A DNA stretch of 64,000 nucleotides from Actinomycetota bacterium (GCA_016213625.1 JACQZZ010000040.1:12778-76777), one strand, 5' to 3'; positions 1-9,374 are shown, counted from the stretch's first letter. Made by a program: numbers and translations. The notes: generated by a model not told the origin, from the sequence alone.

Positions 1-389
1 TCGCGGTGCTCGGTTCCGACGGTCGCCTCCTGGTGCACCGCCGCGCGCTCGACAAGGACGTGTGGCCGGGCATGTGGGACATCGCCGCGGGGGGAGTGGT
101 GGCCGCGGGCGAGACCTACGAGGACGCTGCCCGTCGCGAGCTGGCCGAGGAGCTCGGCGTACACGCCGACGAGATGGAGTGCCTGGGTGAGGGGCGCTTC
201 CGCGACGAATCGGTCGCGCTCATCGGCCGCGGGTATCGATGTGTGCACGACGGACCGTTCAGCTTCACCGACGGCGAGATCGCCGAGGTGCGTTGGGTGA
301 ACCGAGCCGGACTCGACGCGTTGATGGCCAGCGAGCCGTTCGTGCCCGACAACCTGGCGTTGATGTTGCCGTTGCTGCACCTCGCCTGA
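1..389 (+). CDS. NUDIX hydrolase, N-terminus cut by window edge
   Basis: ORF 6..389 is open to base 1. Nudix box GGVVAAGETYEDAARRELAEELGV fits GX5EX7REUXEEXGU. Confidence 0.8.
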   Translation, partial: AVLGSDGRLLVHRRALDKDVWPGMWDIAAGGVVAAGETYEDAARRELAEELGVHADEMECLGEGRFRDESVALIGRGYRCVHDGPFSFTDGEIAEVRWVNRAGLDALMASEPFVPDNLALMLPLLHLA

Positions 390-466
390 TTCTGCAGATT
401 CGCAGAACTCGCTGTGCCCAGTGGTGGTGAGCGCTGCACCGTGTGGCGCGCGAGGAGGAACTCCCC

Positions 467-736
467 ATGACCATGTACGGCGCGAATCCCGAGCAGCTGG
501 CGTCGCTCGGCCGCTCGTTGCGACAGCAGATCCAGAGCATCGACGGTGTGGTGAGCACCGTCAGCGCGGCGCTCAACGGCACCACCTGGGTGGGCCCGGC
601 GCGCGACCAGTTCGAGAACGACTGGAACACCAGCTTCCGCAACGCCCTGGCCAAGCTCAACCAGGCGTTCGACGCCGCCGGCAGCGACTGCATCGCCCGC
701 AGCACCGACCTCCAGCGAGTGATGGGCGCGCGCTGA
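467..736 (+). CDS. WXG100 (ESAT-6-like) family protein
   Basis: ORF 443..736. About 90 aa with a central W-x-G (TTWVGPARDQF). ATG 467 lies 8 nt after GAGGAGG (452-458). Confidence 0.8.
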   Translation: MTMYGANPEQLASLGRSLRQQIQSIDGVVSTVSAALNGTTWVGPARDQFENDWNTSFRNALAKLNQAFDAAGSDCIARSTDLQRVMGAR

Positions 737-751
737 AATTCTGTACGACTC

Positions 752-1042
752 ATGATCGTCGATCTGTACAGTTCGGAGATGGACGTCTCCGTGACAGAAC
801 TGCGAGCGCACCTCGCTGCCTGGATCGCACAGGTGCAGCAGGGCGAAGAGGTCACCATCACCGACCACGGCAGGCCCGTGGCCCGATTGGTGCCCGCCGG
901 CACCGCCGCGCGCATCAAGGACCTCATCGAACGCGGCGTGCTCGGACGACCGCAGTCGCCCGTCCGACAGCGCATCTCGAAGCACGACCGGGTACCGATG
1001 TCGGGAACGCTGGAGGACCTCCCTCGCGATGAATGGCGATGA
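752..1042 (+). CDS. Phd/YefM-type antitoxin
   Basis: VSVTELRAHLAAWIAQVQQGEEVTITDHGRPVARLVP is the typical Phd/YefM N-terminal pattern. Overlaps the downstream PIN gene by 14 nt. Alternative ATG at 779. Confidence 0.8.
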   Translation: MIVDLYSSEMDVSVTELRAHLAAWIAQVQQGEEVTITDHGRPVARLVPAGTAARIKDLIERGVLGRPQSPVRQRISKHDRVPMSGTLEDLPRDEWR

Positions 1043-1478
1043 GTTCGAGCCGCTGTTCTACTTCGACTCCAGCGCCTTGGCGAAGCTGCTCCTCGCTGAG
1101 GAGGCGGGCGCAGATCTGGCCATCGAGGTGTGGCAAGGGTGCAGCGTTCCGATCACCAGTCCTCTGGCCTTTGTCGAGGTGTGTGCGGCGATCGCCTTGG
1201 CGGAGCGGTTGGGTCGTTCGACCCCCACACATGCGGCTCTCATGCGTCGGGAGTGGGGCCGTCTTTGGACGAGCGTGTGTCCGGTGGAACTCACGTCGGG
1301 GGTGGCCGAGGCCGCTTGTCGGTTGGCGAAGCAACACGCGCTCAGCGGCGCCGACTCGGTGCACTTGGCGAGCGGCCTCACCGTTGGCCACGACGTGATC
1401 TTCGTGACATGGGACCGACGGCTCCATGCTGCCGCTGCCGCCGCTGGTCTCGCCGTGGTGCCGGCGATGCTCGACTGA
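1029..1478 (+). CDS. VapC-like PIN-domain toxin
   Basis: FYFDSSALAKLL start of a PIN domain, then conserved acidic positions (GADSVHLASG, FVTWDRRL). Overlaps the antitoxin stop. Confidence 0.8.
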   Translation: MNGDEFEPLFYFDSSALAKLLLAEEAGADLAIEVWQGCSVPITSPLAFVEVCAAIALAERLGRSTPTHAALMRREWGRLWTSVCPVELTSGVAEAACRLAKQHALSGADSVHLASGLTVGHDVIFVTWDRRLHAAAAAAGLAVVPAMLD

Positions 1479-1509
1479 ACGGGTTCCGGGCGCGATCTAC
1501 GCTGGCGGC

Positions 1510-2019
1510 ATGCACGAGACGCCCGATGATCTCCGCGCACTCCAGGAACTGCTCGACCGTAGCGACGCCGCCGGTGGCCGCCACCTCCGCGACGTCATCA
1601 GCGAAGAGCGGCGGCTGACGGCCGAGCAGGTGTGCGACCGACTGCAGGACATGTGCCTCCTGGTGCTGGCCACGGTGAACTCGAAGGGACGGCCGTTCGC
1701 CGGTCCGGTCGACGGGTTCTTCTACCGCGGTGCGTTCCACTTCGGCTCGGCACCCGATTCGCTGCGCTTCCAGCACATCCGCCGGTCGCCGTGGGTCAGT
1801 GCGTCGCACCTGCCCGGCGAGCACCTGCAGGTCACCGTGCACGGTCGTGCAGAGTTGATCGACATCAACGCCCCCGAACACGCGGGGTTCTGCCAGACGC
1901 TGCTCGACTACTACATCCCCCGCTACGGAGGGGAGTGGGAGGACATGCTCGAGGGCGCACCCGCGTATGCCCGCATCGCACCGGAGCGGATGTTCACCTT
2001 CTTCATGGACGAGGGCTGA
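1510..2019 (+). CDS. pyridoxamine 5'-phosphate oxidase (PPOX)-family protein
   Basis: ORF 1426..2019 with ATG at 1510. CLLVLATVNSKGRPFAGPVDGFFYRGAFHFGS resembles a PPOX split-barrel. Assignment from pattern memory only. Confidence 0.65.
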   Translation: MHETPDDLRALQELLDRSDAAGGRHLRDVISEERRLTAEQVCDRLQDMCLLVLATVNSKGRPFAGPVDGFFYRGAFHFGSAPDSLRFQHIRRSPWVSASHLPGEHLQVTVHGRAELIDINAPEHAGFCQTLLDYYIPRYGGEWEDMLEGAPAYARIAPERMFTFFMDEG

Positions 2020-2059
2020 TCTCGCCCGCCCAAATCTCGCCAGCCCAAATCTCGCCAGC
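2019..2059. repeat. 15-bp tandem repeat ATCTCGCC(A/C)GCCCAA, about 2.7 copies
   Basis: Read directly: atctcgcccgcccaa / atctcgccagcccaa / atctcgccagc, in the intergenic gap after the PPOX stop. Confidence 0.85.
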
Positions 2060-2093
2060 GCGGTCGCGGGCCCTCGCTGGCTACCATCGCAGC

Positions 2094-2336
2094 GTGCTGT
2101 TGCTGGAGTTCACCATCGAACCCTTCACCGAGGGCAACCCCGGTCCGCACGTGCGCGCCGCTGTCGCGGCCGCCGAGGCGCTCGGTGTGGCGGTGGAGTT
2201 CGGGCCGTTCGGCTCGTCCTGCACGGTCACTCAAGCACAGGTGGCCGAGGTGTCGGGCGCCATCGTCGCCGAGGCGTTCGCCAACGGGGCCACGCACGTC
2301 AGTCTGCACGCCGAACGTCTGGGCGACGGCACGTGA
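2094..2336 (+). CDS. small MTH1187/YkoF-like (thiamine-binding-type) protein
   Basis: C-terminal 80 codons of ORF 1632..2336, from GTG 2094. LLEFTIEPFTEG...GVAVEFGPFGSSCTV fits the about 80-100 aa MTH1187/YkoF pattern. Confidence 0.5.
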   Translation: MLLLEFTIEPFTEGNPGPHVRAAVAAAEALGVAVEFGPFGSSCTVTQAQVAEVSGAIVAEAFANGATHVSLHAERLGDGT

Positions 2337-2701
2337 GCAGCAAGCTGCCGCGTCATCCGCTGGTGTTGGCGGTGAAGCCCATCGTGGAAGCGCTGGGTGC
2401 GTCGCTGGTGCCCGCCGACGAGCGCGAGCCCGGCGACATGCCGCTGCGCTGGGAGGGCACCGTGGTCGCCGCCGTCCGACCCGCCGCGCTGCACGGCGCA
2501 CTCGACCGACTCATCGAGTCCGTCGAGCGCGAACTGGGTGCCCCGCTGCCCACGCTCAGCCGCGAAGACAAGCAGCGGGCCATCCGCCTGCTCGACGATC
2601 GTGGCGCGTTCACCCTGCGCCGCGCGGTGGAAGACGTGGCCGATGCGATGGGCGTCAGCCGCATCACCGTCTACAACTACCTCAACGCCCTGCACCGGTG
2701 A
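2333..2701 (+). CDS. helix-turn-helix DNA-binding protein (YheO/PucR-like C-terminal HTH)
   Basis: GTG 2333 overlaps the upstream stop (GTGA). C-terminal RRAVEDVADAMGVSRITVYNYLNAL is a clear HTH. Confidence 0.6.
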   Translation: MSSKLPRHPLVLAVKPIVEALGASLVPADEREPGDMPLRWEGTVVAAVRPAALHGALDRLIESVERELGAPLPTLSREDKQRAIRLLDDRGAFTLRRAVEDVADAMGVSRITVYNYLNALHR

Positions 2702-2708
2702 GCCGTCG

Positions 2709-3398
2709 GTGAAGCCGTTCGACGTCATCGGGCTCGACGCCGACGACACGCTGTGGCACAGCGAGGACAGCTTCCACGCGGGTGAGCAGAAGTTCGTAGA
2801 ACTCGTGTCGCCCTACGTCAGCGAGGGCATCGACGTGAAGGCTGCGCTCACGGCGGTCGAACGCAAGAACCTCCACTCGTTCGGCTACGGCGTCAAGGCG
2901 TTCGGCCTGTCGGCGGTGGAGGCCGCGGTCACCATCAGCGAGGGGCGTGTGCCCACCGAGGTCATCGGCCGCCTGGTCGAGATGGTGCGCGCGCAACTCA
3001 CCGAGCCCGTGCGCCTGCTGCCGCACGTGCCCGAGGCGCTCGCCGCCATCGGGCGTCACTACCGGCTGGTGCTCATCACCAAGGGTGATCTCATCCACCA
3101 GACGTTCAAGGTGGAGACCAGCGGGCTCGCACACCACTTCGAACACGTCGAGATCCTCCTCGAGAAGGACCCGTCCACGTATCGCAAGGTGCTGCACAAC
3201 ATCGGTGTCGCCCCCGAGAAGTTCTGCATGGTGGGCAACAGTGTGCGCAGCGACATCCTGCCGGTGATGGCACTCGGGGGCACCGCGGTGCACATCCCGT
3301 ACCCGCTGCTGTGGGAACTCGAGCACGTGGAGCACGACGAACACTTCGCCGAGCTGGAGTCCATCAGCCAGCTCGCCGAGTGGCTCACCGAGTCCTGA
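2709..3398 (+). CDS. HAD-superfamily hydrolase
   Basis: GTG 2709 within ORF 2397..3398. Motif I GLDADDTLW (DxDxT); later ITKGD and GNSVRSD motifs. Confidence 0.8.
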   Translation: MKPFDVIGLDADDTLWHSEDSFHAGEQKFVELVSPYVSEGIDVKAALTAVERKNLHSFGYGVKAFGLSAVEAAVTISEGRVPTEVIGRLVEMVRAQLTEPVRLLPHVPEALAAIGRHYRLVLITKGDLIHQTFKVETSGLAHHFEHVEILLEKDPSTYRKVLHNIGVAPEKFCMVGNSVRSDILPVMALGGTAVHIPYPLLWELEHVEHDEHFAELESISQLAEWLTES

Positions 3399-3424
3399 CC
3401 GACACGGTGACTCGGCTGGTCAGG
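3394..3424. terminator. possible bidirectional hairpin between convergent genes
   Basis: CCTGACC (3394-3400) pairs with GGTCAGG (3418-3424). The hairpin spans both stop codons. No U-tract. Confidence 0.3.
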
Positions 3425-3932
3425 GCACCCAGATCTGTCGGGCCTCGACGACCACCCCGTCGCGCAGTGTCACGAGGAACGGGTATGGCACGTAGGCGAA
3501 GTTGTCGGGTGCCGCCGATGACGGAGCGCCACCGGCCGCGAGCGTGGCGAGTTCAGCACCCGTGACGGCGTAGTTGGTGCGGTCGGCGGTGACCACCGAG
3601 ACCGTCGCGAGGTCGTCAGCGGCCACTGACACCTCGACGCTCGGATCGTCGACCACGCCCGGCTCGTCGACGCAGGCTTCGGCGCCGAGTTCGGCCTCGC
3701 ACGTGGGACCGAAGAACGCCTGCGCGAGCGTGAAGCCCAAACGGTCGCCGGCGATGCCGAGCGCGGGCGCCCAGTACTGCCCGTCGGCGAGGGGTTCGGC
3801 GATCGGCAGGGTGCGGTCGGGCACGGCCGGTACGGGGCCGCGGTCGTACAGCTGTACGCGAGCGGTCTCGTCCTTGCTGCACGCGGTCAGCACGAGAACC
3901 GCCATCACCGCGACGGCGAGCGGTGCGCGCAT
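3420..3932 (-). CDS. lipoprotein, function unknown
   Basis: ATG at 3932 within ORF 3420..4145. Signal peptide plus lipobox [18 protein letters not shown]. The ATG overlaps the coaA stop (ATGA). Confidence 0.7.
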   Translation of the reverse strand: MRAPLAVAVMAVLVLTACSKDETARVQLYDRGPVPAVPDRTLPIAEPLADGQYWAPALGIAGDRLGFTLAQAFFGPTCEAELGAEACVDEPGVVDDPSVEVSVAADDLATVSVVTADRTNYAVTGAELATLAAGGAPSSAAPDNFAYVPYPFLVTLRDGVVVEARQIWVP

Positions 3933-4885
3933 CAGAGCCGTCGCAGCGACACGTCGGTGACGCGGTGGTCGGCACCCTTGCGCAACAGCAGACCGGCACG
4001 ACCCTTGGTGGGGGCGATGTTCTCTCGCAGGTTCTTGCCGTTGATCTCGCGCCAGATGAACCGGGCCGTCTCGATGGCCTGCTCGCGCGTGAGGTGCGCG
4101 TAGTGCTGGAAGAAGCTGTCGGGGTTCTGGAACACCGTCTCGCACAGGGTGAGGAACCGCTGCACGTAGAACTCCTCGATGTCGTGCTCGTCGGCATCGA
4201 TGTAGATGGAGAAGTCGAAGTAGTCGCTGACGAACTCGGGGTTCGCGGCGTCGCCGGTGCTGCCCACCTGCAGCACGTTGAGCCCCTCCAGGATGAGGAT
4301 GTCGGGCTGGTGCACGGTGACCTCTTCGCCCTCGACGATGTCGTAGACGACGTGGCTGTAGACAGGAGCGCTCACCTCGCTGGCCCCGCTCTTCAGTTCA
4401 CGCAGGAACTGCAGCAGCCGCTTGGTGTCGTAGCTCTCGGGAAAGCCCTTGCGGTTCATGATGTCGCGCTCTTCGAGCACCCGGTTGGGGTAGAGGAAGC
4501 CGTCGGTGGTGACCAGTTCCACCTTCGGGTGATCGGGCCAGCGGGCGAGCAGGGCCTGCAGCAGACGGGCGAACGTGCTCTTGCCCACCGCCACGCTGCC
4601 GGCCACGCCGATGACGTAGGGCACCTTCGGCGACAGCGTGCCCAAGAACGCGGCGGACGCCTTGTGCAAGTTCTGGGTGGCGGCCACGTAGAGGTTCAGA
4701 AGCCGCGTGAGCGGCAGGTACACCGCGGCGACCTCGTCGAGATCGATGCGCTCGTTGATACCGCGCAGCTGCTCCAGATCGCCCTCGCGCAAGGTGAGGG
4801 GCGTGGCCGCGCGGAGCGCCGCCCACTCGTCGCGGTCGAAGTGGAGGTAGCGGTCGTTCGACGATGCGAGGTCCGGTGCGGTCAC
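3932..4885 (-). CDS. coaA: type I pantothenate kinase
   Basis: C-terminal 317 codons of ORF 3932..5881, from GTG 4885. P-loop [12 protein letters not shown], then [12 protein letters not shown] and [11 protein letters not shown] blocks typical of CoaA. Confidence 0.9.
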   Translation of the reverse strand: MTAPDLASSNDRYLHFDRDEWAALRAATPLTLREGDLEQLRGINERIDLDEVAAVYLPLTRLLNLYVAATQNLHKASAAFLGTLSPKVPYVIGVAGSVAVGKSTFARLLQALLARWPDHPKVELVTTDGFLYPNRVLEERDIMNRKGFPESYDTKRLLQFLRELKSGASEVSAPVYSHVVYDIVEGEEVTVHQPDILILEGLNVLQVGSTGDAANPEFVSDYFDFSIYIDADEHDIEEFYVQRFLTLCETVFQNPDSFFQHYAHLTREQAIETARFIWREINGKNLRENIAPTKGRAGLLLRKGADHRVTDVSLRRL

Positions 4886-4909
4886 AGCGGCAAACCCTAC
4901 GCTGGCGAC

Positions 4910-6163
4910 GTGAACGAACCCCAACGAGACGCCCGGCGGCGCAAGCAGTTGGGGGCGTGGTACACCCCGCCCGAACTGGTCGACGCCGTGGTCGCCGAGG
5001 CCGTGTTCCCGGGGGCACGCTCTGTGCTGGACCCCGCGTGCGGCGACGGGCGGTTCCTGCGGGCCACCCGTCTGCCAGAACAGATGGGTGTGGACATCGA
5101 CCCCGCCACCGAGTTCACGCACGATGACTCGCTCGCCCGTGACTGGGGCGAGCAGCGGTTCGACGTCGTGGTCGGCAACCCACCGTTCCTCAACCAACTC
5201 GCCTCGCTCACCAGCCGCGGCGGACGTTCGCGATTCGGTGGGGGGCCCTATGCGGACTCGGCGGCCGAGTTCCTCGCGCTCGCGATGCGCCTGGTGCGCC
5301 CCGGCGGCCGAGTGGGGCTGGTGCTCCCGCAGTCGCTGCTGTCCACGCGCGACGCCGCCGACATCCGCGCCGCGGTCGACGAGGTCGCGGCGCTGCGCTG
5401 GATGTGGTGGAGCGACACGAAGATGTTCGACGCCGACGTGCGCGTGTGGGCGGGCGTGTGGGAGGTCGGTGGAGCGCGCGGTGAGGTCCGGAGGTCGTTC
5501 GGCCCCGAGTTCGCTCCGCTGCCGGCCATGCCGATGCCGCGCAGTTGGGCCGCGCTGCTCACCGGAGGTGCCGTGCCGCAGTACGACGGCCCCGTACTGG
5601 GCGACATCGCCGCGTTCACAGTGGACTTCCGCGACCAGTACTACGGCCTGGTGGGCGCGGTGGGCGACGACATCGATGGCCCTCCACTGGTCACCAGCGG
5701 ACTCATCGACCCTGGCGTGTGCCGGTGGGGTGAGAAGCCGATGCGTTTCGCCAAGCAGCAGTACCTCGCGCCCCGCGTCGCGGTCGACCGCCTCAGCCCC
5801 GCGTTGCAGAAGTGGGCCGCCCAACGGCTGGTGCCGAAGATCCTCATCGCCAATCAGACAGCGGTCATCGAGGCGGTGCACGACCCCGACGGCGCGTGGC
5901 TGCCGGGTGTCCCGGTCATCACGTGCGTCACCGATCAGCCCGAGCGAGTGATGGCGGTGCTCAGTTCACCGGCGGCCACCGAGTGGGTGCACCACCACGC
6001 CGCCGGCAGCGGCCTGGGGGTCGGCACCGTGCGCCTCAACCCCAAACTCCTCGCCACCATCCCCTGCAGCAACACTCGAGTTTTGGTGGAGGGTCACGAC
6101 CAGGGGGAGACGGGGCGTTCCTGGGCGATGCCGTCGACCACGATGTCGACCTTCTCGTTGTAG
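4910..6163 (+). CDS. N6-adenine DNA methyltransferase (gamma-class, Eco57I/TaqI-like)
   Basis: GTG 4910 within ORF 3923..6163. [13 protein letters not shown] motif [10 protein letters not shown], catalytic VVGNPPF. No nuclease gene adjacent. Confidence 0.8.
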   Translation: MNEPQRDARRRKQLGAWYTPPELVDAVVAEAVFPGARSVLDPACGDGRFLRATRLPEQMGVDIDPATEFTHDDSLARDWGEQRFDVVVGNPPFLNQLASLTSRGGRSRFGGGPYADSAAEFLALAMRLVRPGGRVGLVLPQSLLSTRDAADIRAAVDEVAALRWMWWSDTKMFDADVRVWAGVWEVGGARGEVRRSFGPEFAPLPAMPMPRSWAALLTGGAVPQYDGPVLGDIAAFTVDFRDQYYGLVGAVGDDIDGPPLVTSGLIDPGVCRWGEKPMRFAKQQYLAPRVAVDRLSPALQKWAAQRLVPKILIANQTAVIEAVHDPDGAWLPGVPVITCVTDQPERVMAVLSSPAATEWVHHHAAGSGLGVGTVRLNPKLLATIPCSNTRVLVEGHDQGETGRSWAMPSTTMSTFSL

Positions 6164-6879
6164 AAGCACACGAGACCCTCGATCTTCGGGATCTCGGGGA
6201 TGGGGCTGGGGTAGTACCAGGCGATGTCGGTCACCTCGTGGTCGCCGATGGCCACGGAGTGGTAGTGGGCGACCCCCTTGTAGGGGCACACGCTCGTGGA
6301 CTGCGATGGGCGCAGCAGGTCCACCCGCACGTCGAGCTTGGGGATGTAGTAGCGGGTGGGCAGACCGGTCTCGAACAGCAGGCGCGGCCGCACGGTGTCG
6401 GCCACCTTCACGCCCTCGATGAACACCTCCACGTGCCGCGACGACTGCAGCACATCGATGCGCTTGTACGGGTCGCGGGCGTGCTTGAACACCTCGTCGT
6501 CCTCCTCGAACCAGGCGTCGACCCGGTCCCAGTAGAACGCGACGAGGTCGGCCAGTTCCGCCACCGAGTCGAATGGGTCCAGGTAGCCCCACACCGCATC
6601 GGTGCACCGACGGTCGCCGACGACGATGGTCCAGTAGCTGGCGTCGCCCTTGCGCGGGCAGTGGGTGCTGGTGTCGGTGGGCTCGAGCAGGTCGAATCGC
6701 ACGTCGTCGCGAGGGAAGTAGTACACGGGGAGGTGACCCTTCTCGAACACGTAGCGCGCGCGAGTCGTGTCCGCCACGAACACGCCGTCCACCATCACTC
6801 GGATGCGTCGCGGACACGGCTCGATGCGCACGTCGGCCACGGCGCCGGTGGCAATGGCCTGCAGATCGGGAATGCTCAT
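6094..6879 (-). CDS. tandem DUF427-domain protein
   Basis: Two internal repeats, each containing a CP(R/Y)KG(D/V)A.Y motif (HCPRKGDASYW and VCPYKGVAHYH). ATG 6879 chosen. Confidence 0.7.
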   Translation of the reverse strand: MSIPDLQAIATGAVADVRIEPCPRRIRVMVDGVFVADTTRARYVFEKGHLPVYYFPRDDVRFDLLEPTDTSTHCPRKGDASYWTIVVGDRRCTDAVWGYLDPFDSVAELADLVAFYWDRVDAWFEEDDEVFKHARDPYKRIDVLQSSRHVEVFIEGVKVADTVRPRLLFETGLPTRYYIPKLDVRVDLLRPSQSTSVCPYKGVAHYHSVAIGDHEVTDIAWYYPSPIPEIPKIEGLVCFYNEKVDIVVDGIAQERPVSPWS

Positions 6880-7092
6880 CGTGTGTCCCTTCGTCGTGAC
6901 CGATGTTCTCACGCCGGCGCGGACGACGTGTCACGCCGCGACCCGCACGAGGCCCCACCATCCGGTCCGTCGACCCCCCTATGGCGAATGCTCAGCGCCC
7001 GACGGTCGGGCGGTGAGCATTCCGAACCGGCGGGGTTCGTCCGGCCAAGGCCGCCGTGAATGCTGTACGCCCGGCAGTCGAGCCGTCGGCAT

Positions 7093-8421
7093 TCAGGCGA
7101 CGGGCGCGGGGGCGACGTCCAGTGCGGTGGCGAAGTCGCGACCGGCCAGGCGATGCCAACGCCGCTGGTTCACCGCGGCCCGCATCACCATCCAGCACAT
7201 CTGGGCACCCCAGAGACCGGCCAGCCCGAGACGCGGCCAGATCACGGTGGCCACCGCCAACGGCACGAAGGCGACGATGTTGCGAATGGCCTGGCGGCCG
7301 AGCCACGCCATGTCGTGCGCGCCGATGAGCGCACCGTCGAGCGCGAACGCGACGGCACCGGGGAACTGCATCAGCGCCAGCACGAGCAGCGCGCCGATCA
7401 ACCGCGACTTCACCTCCGGGTCGGTGGTGAACAGCGACGGCAACACCGGTGTGAGGACGACGAGCACCGCAGCCAACAGGCCGGCAGCCCACAGCGAGAG
7501 GCGAACACTGATGCGGCCGATGCGTTCTGCCTCGCGTGGTTGCCCGCTGCCGAGCGCCCCTGCCACCAACGAGTGCAGTGGCACCGCGAGCGCGTCGAGC
7601 ATGAGCGCGAAGAACATGAACAGCTGGGTGACGACCTGGTTGGCGGCGAGCGTGGGCGCGTCGAGATGGGCGGCGATGATCGTGGACACGTTCCACACCG
7701 TGTACATCGCGACCGATCGGACTGCCATGTGTGCGCCGATCGCGAGCAGGGGCCTGTAGTGCGCCCATGCCGGCCGCACCGACGTGACGTGGCGGCGGAT
7801 GACCCACATGAACGCTGCGGCTGCGCCTGCTTGCACGACCACGGTGCTCGCCGCCGAACCGGCGACACCCCAGTGGAATCCGTACACGGTGAGGATCTCC
7901 AGCAACAGGTTGGCGACGTTGGCGACCACGACGATCTTCAGTGGCGTGCGCAGATCGTTGTAGCCGCGCATCACGCCGTGGCCCAGGAATGCGAGCAGCA
8001 CGAAGGGCAGCCCGAGCGCGCTGATGCTGAGGTAGGTGCGGGCGTGGTGCAGCACCTCTCCGCGCCCGCCGATGAGCCAGCACAGCGGGCGCGCCGCCAA
8101 CGCGAGCAGCACACCGGCGGGAAGACCGATGAAGCAACTCAGCCACACGCCGTGCGCCGCAGTTCGACGGGCATCACCGATGCGACCGGCATTGGCGGCG
8201 AAGGCGATGTCGGGAGTGACGTACTCCAGGAACGACAGCACCGACACCACGTTCAACAGGATGATGCTGGCGATGGCCATGCCGGCCAGTTGCGGTGTGC
8301 CCAATCGGCCGACGATGGCCGTGTCGACCAGTACGTAGACGGGCTCGACGGCGAGCGTGCCGAGCGCGGGGATGGCGAGGCGGACGATCTTCCGTTCGAG
8401 GTCGTCGCGCAGGATGGGCAC
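7093..8421 (-). CDS. MATE-family efflux transporter (DinF-like)
   Basis: About 12 hydrophobic segments. N-terminal IVRLAIPALGTLAVEPVYVLVDTAIVGRLG is typical of MATE. GTG 8421 chosen. Confidence 0.8.
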   Translation of the reverse strand: MPILRDDLERKIVRLAIPALGTLAVEPVYVLVDTAIVGRLGTPQLAGMAIASIILLNVVSVLSFLEYVTPDIAFAANAGRIGDARRTAAHGVWLSCFIGLPAGVLLALAARPLCWLIGGRGEVLHHARTYLSISALGLPFVLLAFLGHGVMRGYNDLRTPLKIVVVANVANLLLEILTVYGFHWGVAGSAASTVVVQAGAAAAFMWVIRRHVTSVRPAWAHYRPLLAIGAHMAVRSVAMYTVWNVSTIIAAHLDAPTLAANQVVTQLFMFFALMLDALAVPLHSLVAGALGSGQPREAERIGRISVRLSLWAAGLLAAVLVVLTPVLPSLFTTDPEVKSRLIGALLVLALMQFPGAVAFALDGALIGAHDMAWLGRQAIRNIVAFVPLAVATVIWPRLGLAGLWGAQMCWMVMRAAVNQRRWHRLAGRDFATALDVAPAPVA

Positions 8422-8480
8422 TCCGAGATGATCGCATGTCCGGCCCGAACCCGGTCCCGCTGTTTCGCTACCGTCGACGC

Positions 8481-9275
8481 ATGAGCGAGCCGGCACGTCA
8501 GTTCATCCGCCATCACGTCGAGGGCAAGGTGGGCATCATCACCATCGACCGTCCCGAGAAGCGCAACGCGATGACCTACGCGATGCTCGGTGAGTTCATC
8601 GAGACCGTGGGCCGCGCCGACGACGAGCCGAGCACCGTGGCGCTGGTGGTGACGGGCGTGCCCGGCGCCTTCTGCGCCGGGACCGACCTGGCCGATCTGG
8701 CCACCATTCCCGGCGACCAGCGCGGCCTGCGCGGCACGGCCGAGGAGACGCACAAGTGGTGGCCCATCGCCCAGACGCGCAAGCCCACGGTGTGCGCGGT
8801 CGACGGGCCGGCCGTGGGCATGGGTGCCGAGTTCACGTCGCAGTGCGACCTGCGCCTCGCCAGCCCCAACGCCCGATTCGCGTGGAACTTCGTGCACCGC
8901 GGGCTCGTGCCCGACACGGGCGCTGGCACCTGGTTACTGCCTCGCATCGTGGGCATGCAGCAGGCCCTGCGGCTGCTGTACACCGGGGCGATGATCGACG
9001 CCGACGAGGCGCTCCGTTTGGACTACGTGCTCGACGTGGTGCCCAGCGACGAGCTGCTGCCGCGTGCCATCGAGCTCGCGGCCACCATCGCCGCCGGCTC
9101 GCCGCACAGCCTGGGCCTCATCAAGTCGCTGGTGCAGCAGGGCCTCACTGCGCCCGTCGACGAGCACATGCAGCGCCACACCGCTGCCATGGCGGCGTGC
9201 TTCAAGAGCGACGACCATCGCGAGGGCGTGGCGTCGTTCCTCGAGCGACGTCCCGCCAACTTCACCGGCCGCTGA
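8481..9275 (+). CDS. enoyl-CoA hydratase/isomerase (crotonase) family
   Basis: ATG 8481. ITIDRPEKRNAM and GAFCAGTDL oxyanion-hole motifs. Confidence 0.85.
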   Translation: MSEPARQFIRHHVEGKVGIITIDRPEKRNAMTYAMLGEFIETVGRADDEPSTVALVVTGVPGAFCAGTDLADLATIPGDQRGLRGTAEETHKWWPIAQTRKPTVCAVDGPAVGMGAEFTSQCDLRLASPNARFAWNFVHRGLVPDTGAGTWLLPRIVGMQQALRLLYTGAMIDADEALRLDYVLDVVPSDELLPRAIELAATIAAGSPHSLGLIKSLVQQGLTAPVDEHMQRHTAAMAACFKSDDHREGVASFLERRPANFTGR

Positions 9276-9281
9276 GCCTCT

Positions 9282-9374
9282 GTTCTCGGTCTGATTCGTC
9301 CCAAATCGGGTTCTCGGTCTGATCAGTCCCCCGCCTTCCGAGACGGATCAGCCCGCGTCCGAGAACGACGTCTC
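9282..9374 (+). repeat. copy 1 of a dispersed intergenic element of about 75 nt (second copy at 58321-58395)
   Basis: GTTCTCGGTCTGATTCGTCCC - 7 nt - GTTCTCGGTCTGATCAGTCCC - CCGCC - TTCCGAGACGGATCAGCCC, then CCGAGAAC. Starts 7 nt after the crotonase stop. Confidence 0.85.

Noticed and set aside
2020-2093. TPP riboswitch upstream of the YkoF/MTH1187-like thiamine-binding-type gene
   Set aside because: The gap is only about 74 nt, is mostly occupied by the 15-bp tandem repeat, and lacks the conserved CUGAGA / ACCUGAUCUGG-type elements.
3923-4909. N-terminal 329 codons of the 746-aa plus-strand ORF 3923..6163
   Set aside because: This part is antisense to the well-supported coaA gene and has an Ala/Gly/Val/Leu/Glu/His-rich, low-information composition. 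Methyltransferase motifs begin only after GTG 4910. It is a typical GC-rich shadow ORF.
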